Part shown: one piece after another, positions 50,702 through 61,034 of the stretch
Position numbering within the stretch: position 1 is the first letter of the stretch
Layout: each line of letters opens with the position of its first letter
DNA from: Azolla caroliniana
Lineage: Eukaryota; Plantae; Polypodiophyta
Length of the DNA stretch: 64,000 bases
Assembly: GCA_043228905.1 (NCBI GenBank)
Contig: JBHGNT010000004.1
Span: forward strand, 372,001 to 436,000
Reading direction: 5' to 3'
Translations under genes and position numbers: made by a program
The notes under the pieces: generated by a model
Databases searched by the model: none
Told to the model about the DNA's origin: nothing
Seen by the model: the letters and a program-made list of their open reading frames with translations, nothing else

Positions 50702-51780
50702 CATGCTTTTACCCAGCAAGCTATCCGAAAGAGTCCAATGTCCGAAGATGAAGACGGAGAATGCTAAGATGAGTAAGTTCCCCTATACCTCAACAGTTGG
50801 AAGCCTGATGTATGGGATGGTATGTACCATGCTGAACATCGAATACGCAGTTGGTATCGTCAACGGTATATGAGCAATCTCGAAAGAGAGCATTGGGTTG
50901 CAGTGAAGTGGATACTCCTGTGCCTAAGAGGCACCTCAAGCATGGGTCTCCGATATAGCTTAGGTAACCCCATATTAGAAGGTTTTACTGACGTGGACAT
51001 CTCAGCCGATGTGGATACCAACTGATCCACGTTCCGATATGTGATGACATATGGAGGGGAGCCATCTCGTGGCAATGAAGGTTGTAGAAGGTTGTAACAC
51101 TATTGACCACAGAAGTGGAGTACATGGCTGATATTGAAGCCGGCAAGGAGATAATTTGGATGAAGGACTTCATCGGTGAGTTGGGGATTCAGCAAGAGGA
51201 ATTTTGACTCTACTGCGACAACCAAAGTGCCATTCAACTTGTAAAGAATGTCGCCTACCACTCCAGAACTAAAAAGCATATCTAGAGGAGATACCATTGG
51301 CTTAGGGAGAGGGTAGAAGAAAAGGATTTTACTCTAATGAAAATCCACACGGAGGAAAATGGATCAGATATGTGGACGAAGGTGCCCTTGGCAGAGAAGT
51401 TGAACATGTGGCAGCAAAGGGTCAGATTGACAAAATACCCCATATCGGGGTGAAGGAGAGTTTGTTGGGAAACAAGTCCCTCTAGATGGGAAGAGAATAC
51501 TAAATGAATTGGAGTCTAAAGTCTAAGAACCGGATTGGAGGGGTCCGAACAAGATAGAGACCCGATACAGAGTCAGACCAGCTCGAAGGCATCCGTTCGG
51601 ATCCGAAGAGGTATCTAGAAGTGAACATATTTGTAAATAGCCCATAGTATGTATTAGTATAAATAAATCTAGGGCAAGTTGTGCATCAAAGAGTGCAACT
51701 AGAGTGTAGGAATTAGATTTAGAATTAGAATTATTTATCGTCCATAGGGAGACCAATTTTGACCTATGGGACCGGAGTAT
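50702..51780 (+). mobile_element. degenerate copia RT/RNase H fragment, PPT and partial 3' LTR (from 51463)
   Basis: PYTSTVGSLMY, HWVAVKWIL..LRGT, TTEVEYMA, YCDNQSAIQL; GGGGTGAAGGAGAG then TGTTGGG. Right boundary approximate. Confidence 0.8.
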
Positions 51781-51899
51781 ATACATGTGTTATTGATATG
51801 TTTCTCCTTCCTAAGAAGGGGTATTCATACATTGAAGCACAAAGTCTCTATGTGTGAATAGAGCATCCACATATGAGTTCAACCTTCTAGGTAGTGTCT

Positions 51900-52384
51900 T
51901 AATTATGGCACTTAAGTTATCACTCCCTCTTAGTATGTCAGCATATCTTGAACGAATTGCACTCTATGTCGAGCATGTGAAGAGCAAGTGACATTCATCC
52001 TCTACCATGCCTTCATTGCATACTTTACATGTCTTCAAATTCATTACATTTTGATACCATGATACAACTTCAATACCTAACTTGTGAGATCAAGTGTGAA
52101 GGAGTGTAAGGGCTCGACGATCATTACTACTAATATTGGTAATGAGATAAGGTTGGAACAATCAATAGGAATTATTGCTTTATATTGAGACCAACATTCA
52201 AGGTTGACATTTGCAATGTAGTATTCTAGCTTTGTCCTCTTAGCATCCTCCCACTCCTTAAAAACATCTTTTGAATTTTCTCAATCTCATTCCATGCATT
52301 AAGAGACATGGTGTCACCCCATACTTCTACTCCATAAAGCAATACTTGATTTACCATGGCATTGAACAAAATTAGTTTTACTTC
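51900..52384 (-). mobile_element. LINE relic, 3' part
   Basis: KLILFNAMVNQVLLYGVEVWG...IEKIQKMFLR continues in frame from 59493+ across the chromovirus TSD. Confidence 0.7.
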
Positions 52385-53099
52385 TGTTATGTACACATAA
52401 CGTTGGTGAGGGTAGGTCACTAATATTTACATTAGTGAAGGGTATGTTCACTATTATTAAAAAGGGGACTAATGATTGGATAGAATGAATGATATGTGCA
52501 TGCACTATCATGATTTAGACAACCAATGAATAGAGAGCCTTTTAGAAAGGCACATCTATTCAAGGGGCCTAGGAAAAGGTATAAATATGAGGCTTAGCTA
52601 CCCTCATAGGGATCACGTCGGAAGGCTGCTGTCGTAGACACCGGTGGTGCGGGCTAGGCTTTCGTCTCGACGATCGTGTTTATCTCTTCCAAGGTATTAG
52701 TCATCCTAATATCCGGCGGTATGGGACGTCGGTGGTAGGTTGGCTATGTCTAGATCATAGCTCGGGGGTGGTCGGGTGGAACGGGTTCTTCTATCCAATC
52801 TATTTTCTTCCTTTTTACTTGATTTGGTCTATTGATTAGTAATAGACTCTTAACAGTGGTATCAGAGCTTTTACTAACAATTTTTTTGTTGTTTTGATGT
52901 TTTTTGCGTGTGAGCGAGGGGGATCTAACAAGGCTCGTCATGCTCTTCTCAGGATCAAAACAACACTCTAAACCCGGTACTCTTCTTGTTTGATCTCTTC
53001 TCTTTTTCTATTATGCGTTCTTTATGGTCGAATCAAATTGGTATTACGTTTTATTCTCTTTCTTTCTACCTCCTACTACGCTACGATTTTACTTATTAT

Positions 53100-53620
53100 T
53101 ATGCATCGAGCCGAGCGTGTTTGCACTAATCGCACACGCTCAACTCATGGCCTTTTGCATATTGCGATATATATCCCACTCTCTCCTCTCTTGAACTCTT
53201 ACGATAATAATTATTCTTGTGCATTGGGTCGAGCGTGTTTGCTCTAATCGCACACGCTTATCTCATGGCCGTTTTGCATATGATGTTGAGTATACCACTC
53301 TTCCCCTCTATTGAGCCATCACTTGGCCGATTCTAAGGGATGATGTGGCCTTGACGAGGTGTATGTTGCCTACCTATGCCACTCTACTCTCTATTAAGCC
53401 ATCAATTGGCCGATTCTATGGGATGTTGTGGCCTTGACAAGGTATATGTAGCTTACATATGCCACTTTCCTTTTTAATTAGCCATCAATTGGCCGATTCT
53501 AAGGGATGATGTGGCCTTGACGAGGTATATGTCACTTACCTATGCCACTTTCCTCTTTAATTAGCCATTACTTGGCCGATTCTAGGGATATGTGGTGGTC
53601 TTGAGGAGGTGCATGTCAAC
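53100..53620 (+). repeat. tandem repeats in the chromovirus 5' UTR (2 x ~120 bp, then 4 x ~83 bp)
   Basis: GAGCGTGTTTGC.CTAATCGCACACGC twice; GCCAT....TTGGCCGATTCTA.GGGAT four times. Confidence 0.85.
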
Positions 53621-54610
53621 TACCCTAGGGTTTCGTATCTTAGGGCATGTTTGATTCCATACACCTAATTGTTGATTATTCTAATTAAATTTTAATTTCA
53701 TAAGTATTGTTTCACTTAAATGATTTTCTAGTAATTATTATTTACCCGCCCACAATTAACTATCCTTTTTCCACTTCCTTTTCATGTATAAAGTATTTAC
53801 ATCGTTTATTTTTAATGTAACCTTTACGTGTAGACTATTTTTTTCGTATGGAGTGGCTTGTTGAACGATTTTTTTTCAACGGGTCATCTAGGTTTAACTC
53901 TTATCATCAAGCCTTAGAAAACGAGTAAAACCATATGAGTTCCCTTATTGATGTTTTACTCATGGATTGAGTATTACATCTTTGCGCACAACACCGTCAT
54001 CACTTGTATCAATTTGTGGCTTATGTCACAATTGTGCAAGTTATAACAATCATATTGGGATGTATATGTGCATACCATGCACTTCCCATTTATTTGGGAC
54101 ATTGTTTTTTTCGTAGGTAACACATGGGTTCTTTTTTTTTTTACCCTTGTTTTCGACACTACTTAACTCTTATGAGTAGTGCCTTATTTTATCATTTTAT
54201 CATCACGTTTGCTTATTGCTCGCAAGACTAGAATATTACTTGTGAGTGCACTTGTTTTTTCACGTAATACACTTTCTCGACCATATAATACATGATGGGT
54301 TGGCATTAATATAAGGCTATCTAGGAAATTTCATTGATGTAAGAACCATGGTTGAGCCTCGGGGAGCCGCCATGATTACTCAAGATAGAGATCCGAGAAA
54401 TACATCTTAGCTATGTTTTCCCCCATGGTTTTTAAAACACCATAGTGTTACCATAGTTATCGGATCTCGAATCACATCTCAAATGTCTAGAGGGGTAAAG
54501 ACATGAGATACTTTCTTGGATAAAGTTCTTACAATCAAAATTTCAAGCATTCATTTTGCTTGTGTATTTTCTGAACCTCCTTATTTTATTGCATACCCAC
54601 AGCGTGCATC

Positions 54611-57600
54611 ATGGAACAAGTTTTGAACGCAGTTGGAACGATCTCTCCAAATGAGACCTCTCAACCCCAATCCGCATCTCGCACACAAGCTGAGATCACT
54701 ATTGAGCAATTGCTCACTACTACCTTGAATCAATTGGCCGAAATGAGACAGGCCAATATGGCATTGGAAAAGAAATTCCAAGAATTAACTATTGAGTCCA
54801 AGAAAGAAGGTGAACCTTCCTTCGTAGTCACGCCTTTCAAGGGAGATAAGAAAGAAAGAACCGAGGAGGCCATTAGCACTTGGCTTGGTCGTTGGGAGTC
54901 TCACTTTGAGCTTCATCCCAAGCCCCATGCAGTAAAAATTGGTTATGTCGGTCGTGAGTTAGGTGGCCGAGCTGCTGCTTGGTGGCGTGGCCTAAGGACC
55001 GCAAAAAACTTACCCACAACTTGGGAAGGTTTCATTGATGTTTTTAAGAAACAATTCTTGCAGCCACCTTCTCAAACCGAACAAGCGCAACACTTGCTCA
55101 CATTGTCTAGTAAGCCATTTACCTCTCTCGAGGATTATGTGCATCACGCTCGGACCCAGATCCAAAAATCGGGACTTACGGGTGAGAAATGGTTTATCGC
55201 TTGTTTTTTGAATGGTATTCCCAATGGGGATTATCATTGGATTGTCCATGACAAGGACCCCACAACTTTCGAGGAAGCTATCAACATTGTGCTGCGATAC
55301 CATAGGACTTCCAAGAAAGACCACAATAAACCTGAGTTCGCCAAAACTCCGAATGTCAAGTTCATTGGGAAACGTAAGCAATCCAGTGACACTCTTGACC
55401 GCGACTCAAAGAAACCGAACCTCTTCTGTGCATATTGCAAGAAGCGGGGCCACACAAAGGATACCTGTCGTCGTCTTGAGAGGAAGTCAATGAACACCCC
55501 TCCTCAAGACAAATCTACGAGTCACACAGGTGAGTCTTTTGATATTGTTGAAGTTCATACCAATCACTTAAGTTTATGTGAATGCACTTTTCCTTCACAT
55601 TTACTTGGACCTAATGATTTACTCCGAGCAGTCGGATATATCAATGGAACACAAGCACATTTCTTGTTTGATTCCGGTAGTTCTCACAATTTTCTTAATG
55701 ATCACTTTGTGCAGCAAATGGAGCTCCACATAAACGCAAGTGATCATATCTATCAAGTTCACATGGCAAATGGAAACGTTCAATACATCAGTGGCATTGT
55801 TTGTCAACTGCCAATTCAAATAGATACTTATTTGGAGAAGCTTGACTTTCATGTTATGAAATTACAATCCGCAGATGTCATTTTAGGATATCCTTGGTTT
55901 TTTAATAAAAACCCTTCTTTGTCCATTGATTGGGTTAATCACTCAATCACATTTGAACTTAATAATTGTAAACATTTTATTCAATGTTCCAAACTTCCTT
56001 CTCATTCACTTGTGTCTTCTAAATCTTTAAGTGAGTATTCTAGTTCATTAATTTATTCGTGTGTAATTGATCATGCGGTTCAATTTTATTATTTTAATAT
56101 TGACGCCACACAATTACCACATTTTGAGCAACGATTACTCGACTCTATTTTAGAGGATTTTCAAGATGTGTTTCCTACTGAATTACCGCTGACTTTACCA
56201 CCTAAACGTAATGTGGACCATCAAATTGAACTCATCCCTGGGGCTGCTCCTGTGAGCATTCCACCTTACCGACTTAGTCGATTAGAAGAGGATGAGATCG
56301 CTAAACAACTTAAGGAATACTTGAGTATGGGCCACATTAGGTATAGTAAATCACCTTGGGGTGCGCCAGTTCTATTAGTCAAGAAGAAGGAAGGTTCGTG
56401 GCGAATGTGTATCAATTATCGCCGTTTGAATAAAATGACAATTAAGAATGCATATCCATTACCTCGTGCCGATGATTTGATTGATCGTTTGCACGGGGCT
56501 CGATATTTTACGAAAATTGACTTACGAACTGGTTATCATCAGATTCGCATCGCCGAGGATGATATTCCTAAAACCGCTTTTCGTACGCGCTATGGCCATT
56601 ATGAGTTTTTAGTCATGCCGTTTGGGTTGACTAATGCTCCAGCCACATTCCAACAAGCGATGAATGATGTTTTCCGAGATCAACTCGGTGATTTTGTTGT
56701 CGTCTTCTTGGATGATATTTTGATATATAGCCGTACCTTGCAAGATCATGTTCAACATGTTCGATTTGTTTTGCGAAAGTTGCGTGACAACTCTTTCTAT
56801 GCAAAACATTCAAAATGTGACTTCTTCCAAAAATCTATTGTGTACCTAGGTCATTTAATTACAGAAAATGGCGTTGAAATTGAACCTTCTCGTATTGAGA
56901 AGGTTAAACTTTGGCCCATTCCTCGTAATATTCGTGAACTTAGATCATTCTTAGGGTTTGTTGGATTTTTACGAAAATCAATTCGTAACTATTCCAAATT
57001 GACTACGCCATTAACTGACCTTTTAAAAGGTCATCCATGTAAGTCTGTCAAACCAATTTCATGGAATGAACAACTTGACAAATCATTTGAGACACTCAAG
57101 GAGCATGTGTGTCAGGCTCCCACTCTTCTATTACCAGACCCTTCTAAGCCTTTCTCAATTGAAACCGATGCTAGTGATTATGCTATTGGTGCCGTTCTTT
57201 ATCAAGGTGGTCACCCTATTGCTTTTGAAAGTAAGAAGCTTGATGCTGCTCAATCTCGGTATTCGGTTCAAGAGAAAGAGTTGTTTGCGGTGATACACGC
57301 ACTTAAAACATGGAGGCACTATCTGTATGGAAATAAATTTGTGGTTACAACAGACCATCAATCATTAAAGTATTTTTGTGACCAGCCCGATCTTGTTGGT
57401 CGTAAAGGCCGTTGGGCTGACCTTATCCAAGATTTTGATTTTTCCATACGATATCGCAAGGGTTCTATGAACACCGTTGCTGATGCTCTTAGTCGCATTA
57501 AAGAAGTTAACATGCTTAGCTTCACGGAAATAAAATCTGATCTTTTAGATCACCTTCGAGGGAAATACCTTGATGACAGTTATTTCTCAAAATACTGGAC

Positions 57601-59014
57601 GAAAGCCGAATCTGGTTTAGATGCCGATACTAGCACCCTACCCTCGAAGGCGACCTTTCACATTACAAACGGTTTGCTCTACCGTAGTGGAAAGGTCTGT
57701 GTTCCAGATTTACCAAATGTTAAACAGAAAATTTTTCATGAATGTCATGATGCACCATCTGCTGGTCATCCTGGAATACAACGCACACTCGTTCTCATCT
57801 CGTGTACTTTTTTCTGGCCTAAGATGCGCTCTGACGTGCATAAATACGTAACTCAATGCTTACAATGTCAGATTAATAAGTCGGAACGACTTAAAGCTGC
57901 TGGTCTTTTACATCCCTTAGATATTCCCAACAATAAATGGGAAAGTATCTCGATGGATTTTATTGTTAGTTTACCTCGTACACAGAGGGGTCATGATGCC
58001 ATATGGGTTGTCGTTGACAGGCTAACAAAATTAGCTAGATTTATTCCTACAAAAACCACGGTAACCGCTCAACAGTTGGCTTATCAATTTGTTGATGAGT
58101 TATTTCGTTTTTATGGATTACCGATGGATATTGTTAGTGATCGAGATTCCAAGTTTACTAGTGACTTTTGGACTCAGGTCTTTAAGAAACTAGAAACTAC
58201 GTTGAGCATGAGTTCCGCAGATCATCCTCAGTCTGATGGACAAACTGAACGAGTTAATCAAATTATTGAGGACATGCTTCGAGCTTATGTAGCAAAAACC
58301 CCTTCTAAGTGGGAGCAATACCTTCCTATCTTAGAATTTGCCTATAATAGCTCTAAACATACATCCACTGGATATAGTCCTTTTATGTTGATGTATGGTT
58401 TTCAGCCACGTGCCCCAGTTGATGTCACGATTCATCGTGATACATTAGACAGTACACGCAATTTTTTGCAAGACATGAACCAAATGTTGCATATTGCCAA
58501 AGAAAATGTCAAGACAGCTCAAGATCGTGCTCGATTTTATGCTGATCAGGATAGACGTCCTCGTGCATTTACTATTGGTCAAAAAGTTTTTTTGCGTGTC
58601 CCGACTGATTCTACGTCATTATCTACGGGCAAGTGCGCTAAGTTAGCCCCACGATATTGTGGCCCATTTGAAATCCTTAAGCGAGTTGGGTCATCTGCTT
58701 ATCACCTTGCCTTACCTCGTAACGTTGGTATTCATCCTGTTTTTCACGTCAGTCGTCTAAAACCATTTTTAGGCTCTGGTGATAACACCATCACAATCCA
58801 AGATCTTGTAACATTAGAGGATTTTTCTTACAAACCTCATGTTCCTGAACGAATTCTTGATTCTTGTACTAAACGTTTACGTTCTAAAGAGATTCGGCTA
58901 TTCAAGATCAAATGGATGGATAAACCTATTGATGATGCCACGTGGGAACGCGAGCATTCGCTTAAGGCACAATTTCCTCACTTTATATTGCAAGAGTGCA
59001 ATCTTTTGAAGTAG
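54611..59014 (+). CDS. gypsy gag-pol polyprotein with C-terminal chromodomain, 1467 aa, uninterrupted
   Basis: [68 protein letters not shown] motif, PERILD...IKW......ATWE chromodomain. Confidence 0.97.
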   Translation: MEQVLNAVGTISPNETSQPQSASRTQAEITIEQLLTTTLNQLAEMRQANMALEKKFQELTIESKKEGEPSFVVTPFKGDKKERTEEAISTWLGRWESHFELHPKPHAVKIGYVGRELGGRAAAWWRGLRTAKNLPTTWEGFIDVFKKQFLQPPSQTEQAQHLLTLSSKPFTSLEDYVHHARTQIQKSGLTGEKWFIACFLNGIPNGDYHWIVHDKDPTTFEEAINIVLRYHRTSKKDHNKPEFAKTPNVKFIGKRKQSSDTLDRDSKKPNLFCAYCKKRGHTKDTCRRLERKSMNTPPQDKSTSHTGESFDIVEVHTNHLSLCECTFPSHLLGPNDLLRAVGYINGTQAHFLFDSGSSHNFLNDHFVQQMELHINASDHIYQVHMANGNVQYISGIVCQLPIQIDTYLEKLDFHVMKLQSADVILGYPWFFNKNPSLSIDWVNHSITFELNNCKHFIQCSKLPSHSLVSSKSLSEYSSSLIYSCVIDHAVQFYYFNIDATQLPHFEQRLLDSILEDFQDVFPTELPLTLPPKRNVDHQIELIPGAAPVSIPPYRLSRLEEDEIAKQLKEYLSMGHIRYSKSPWGAPVLLVKKKEGSWRMCINYRRLNKMTIKNAYPLPRADDLIDRLHGARYFTKIDLRTGYHQIRIAEDDIPKTAFRTRYGHYEFLVMPFGLTNAPATFQQAMNDVFRDQLGDFVVVFLDDILIYSRTLQDHVQHVRFVLRKLRDNSFYAKHSKCDFFQKSIVYLGHLITENGVEIEPSRIEKVKLWPIPRNIRELRSFLGFVGFLRKSIRNYSKLTTPLTDLLKGHPCKSVKPISWNEQLDKSFETLKEHVCQAPTLLLPDPSKPFSIETDASDYAIGAVLYQGGHPIAFESKKLDAAQSRYSVQEKELFAVIHALKTWRHYLYGNKFVVTTDHQSLKYFCDQPDLVGRKGRWADLIQDFDFSIRYRKGSMNTVADALSRIKEVNMLSFTEIKSDLLDHLRGKYLDDSYFSKYWTKAESGLDADTSTLPSKATFHITNGLLYRSGKVCVPDLPNVKQKIFHECHDAPSAGHPGIQRTLVLISCTFFWPKMRSDVHKYVTQCLQCQINKSERLKAAGLLHPLDIPNNKWESISMDFIVSLPRTQRGHDAIWVVVDRLTKLARFIPTKTTVTAQQLAYQFVDELFRFYGLPMDIVSDRDSKFTSDFWTQVFKKLETTLSMSSADHPQSDGQTERVNQIIEDMLRAYVAKTPSKWEQYLPILEFAYNSSKHTSTGYSPFMLMYGFQPRAPVDVTIHRDTLDSTRNFLQDMNQMLHIAKENVKTAQDRARFYADQDRRPRAFTIGQKVFLRVPTDSTSLSTGKCAKLAPRYCGPFEILKRVGSSAYHLALPRNVGIHPVFHVSRLKPFLGSGDNTITIQDLVTLEDFSYKPHVPERILDSCTKRLRSKEIRLFKIKWMDKPIDDATWEREHSLKAQFPHFILQECNLLK

Positions 59015-59492
59015 GGGAGTATGTTATGTACACATAACGTTGGTGAGGGTAGGTCACTAATATTTACATTAGTGAAGGGTATGTTCACTATTATTAAAAA
59101 GGGGACTAATGATTGGATAGAATGAATGATATGTGCATGCACTATCATGATTTAGACAACCAATGAATAGAGAGCCTTTTAGAAAGGCACATCTATTCAA
59201 GGGGCCTAGGAAAAGGTATAAATATGAGGCTTAGCTACCCTCATAGGGATCACGTCGGAAGGCTGCTATCGTAGACACCGGTGGTGCGGGCTAGGCTTTC
59301 GTCTCGACGATCGTGTTTATCTCTTCCAAGGTATTAGTCATCCTAATATCCGGCGGTATGGGACGTCGGTGGTAGGTTGGCTATGTCTAGATCATAGCTC
59401 GGGGGTGGTCGGGTGGAACGGGTTCTTCTATCCAATCTATTTTCTTCCTTTTTACTTGATTTGGTCTATTGATTAGTAATAGACTCTTAACA

Positions 59493-59870
59493 ACTTCCCA
59501 TCCACAAGTATCACTTTGGTTGCATTGGTTCTCCAAAAGGTAATATGATTTCCAACCGGCTTGGAGCCAAGAATCAAAGCATGCACTCCATTTATTTGTG
59601 GCATGTACGTCAATACCAAGATATTTAAAGCTTCGAACAAATTGTATATGTTCACCTCTATATGTGATCATAGGGTAATGATGAGCTTGGATGGTTTGCA
59701 CTACCATCAATTTTGTTTTCTCCACATTCACTGCTAGTCCACAACTATGGCAAAATTCTTCTAATACCCCAAGTAAATGTTGCATAAGTTATCAACATCA
59801 TATGAGAAGAGTACCACATCATTTGCATATAGATGCAATAAGATAACACATTGCATCAATTTGGGGGCAT
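59493..59870 (-). mobile_element. LINE reverse transcriptase relic (RTE-X/L2-like)
   Basis: HLYANDVVLFS (YADD motif), FC...GLAVNVEKTKLMV, FKYLG; frameshifted. Clade assignment tentative. Confidence 0.75.
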
Positions 59871-60069
59871 TCAATCCCCCCGCAAGGAACCGAGGAGATG
59901 GTATACGTGCAAGTAAAAGGGGAGGATGAAGATGTCGAAGTACGGGATGGATAAAGGTGCATCGGATCACGGAGAATCCGACACCAGCCAAAGTGAATAT
60001 GGACCTCAAGAGTTGAGGTCGGATGCGGCCAAGAGGGACCTCAAATTGGCGAATGAGAAGCTACGTTGA

Positions 60070-61034
60070 TCAAATCGGTTTGCATTATGCTATGTGTGGA
60101 CGACCTGGTCGTCACCAACCCCGACCCTGCTGAAATTGGCGGAGTTAAGTCGCAATTGTCAAATGCATTCGAGATGAAGGACCCGGGGAAGCATGAAGGA
60201 TCGAGGACTGTTATACTGACACGGTGTCCTGAAGATTTTCGTCCATAGGGGGAAACTGGGGTGGAATGGGCAAGTCGGTGGTGTGCAACATGTCCACACG
60301 TATACTAGGGAATGGTGTATAGAAATAAGATGGGAAATTTTATCCCACATTGTAAGGTCCCTCCCTCCTTGGGCTATAAAAGGAAGGGAGGGGTCACTTA
60401 TGAAGGGGTTACCTATTTTGCGTATGAGAGGTATACCACGTAGTCTAGAGTTCTTACCGCTTTAGGGTTAGGGTTTCGGTTAGGGTTTTCTCATAGTTTG
60501 GTGCGGTCCATGCGGCCACCATTGTTGTAATCATTCGTTCGTTTTAATATAACTTGAGGATTTTCTTGCCTCCATCGATCTCTCCTTCTATGTCATGGTC
60601 TTATTCTTTCCTCTTCTCCTCTTGAGCTAAGCCTCCATATCATGTCTTATTCTTTCTCCTCTACTCCCTAGTCCGAGACCCCCGTGGTCACGCCCCTTCT
60701 ACACGCACGCGCGTAACAACACGACAACGGTATAGCCGAACAACTAATCAGCTATATTGATGCCGATTGGGCTGGCGATGTGTCGAATCATCGGTCAATA
60801 TCAAGTTTCATGTTTTCTCTTGGGAGCGCAGTTGTAGCCTAGAGTAGCAACAAGCAGACAACAGTGGCCTTGTCAAGCATCGAAGCTGAATATCGAGGCG
60901 CCACAGTTGCAACTTGTGAGGCTATATGGCTTCGGCGATTGCTACAAGATTTATGGGTCGAAGTTCCTACTCCGATTCCGATCTACTACGACAACATCAA
61001 TAGCATGCAATTGGCAAAGAACCCCGTTTTCCGT
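60070..61034 (+). mobile_element. degenerate copia RT/RNase H fragments interrupted by a lone LTR
   Basis: CVDDLVV...FEMKD.G, then DADWAGD..RS, VALSSIEAEYRG..ATCEAIWLRRLL..DN..S.QLAKNPVF. Confidence 0.8.
60209..60718 (+). mobile_element. lone LTR without TSD
   Basis: TGTTA...TAACA termini, TATAAAA at ~60375; 3' end CTACTCCCTAGTC.GAGACCCCCGTGGTC is shared with the LTR at 61035. Confidence 0.7.

Larger units (their letters stand above)
52385..59492 (+). mobile_element. intact young chromoviral Ty3/gypsy
   Basis: 471-bp LTRs 52385-52855 and 59022-59492 with one mismatch seen, 5-bp TSD ACTTC, PBS TGGTATCAGAGC, PPT GAAGTAGGGGAG. Confidence 0.97.

Noticed and set aside
27852-50703. 2-bp CA target-site duplication around the putative DNA transposon
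   Set aside because: Too short to be significant, and the two flanks derive from different elements, so a true TSD is not expected
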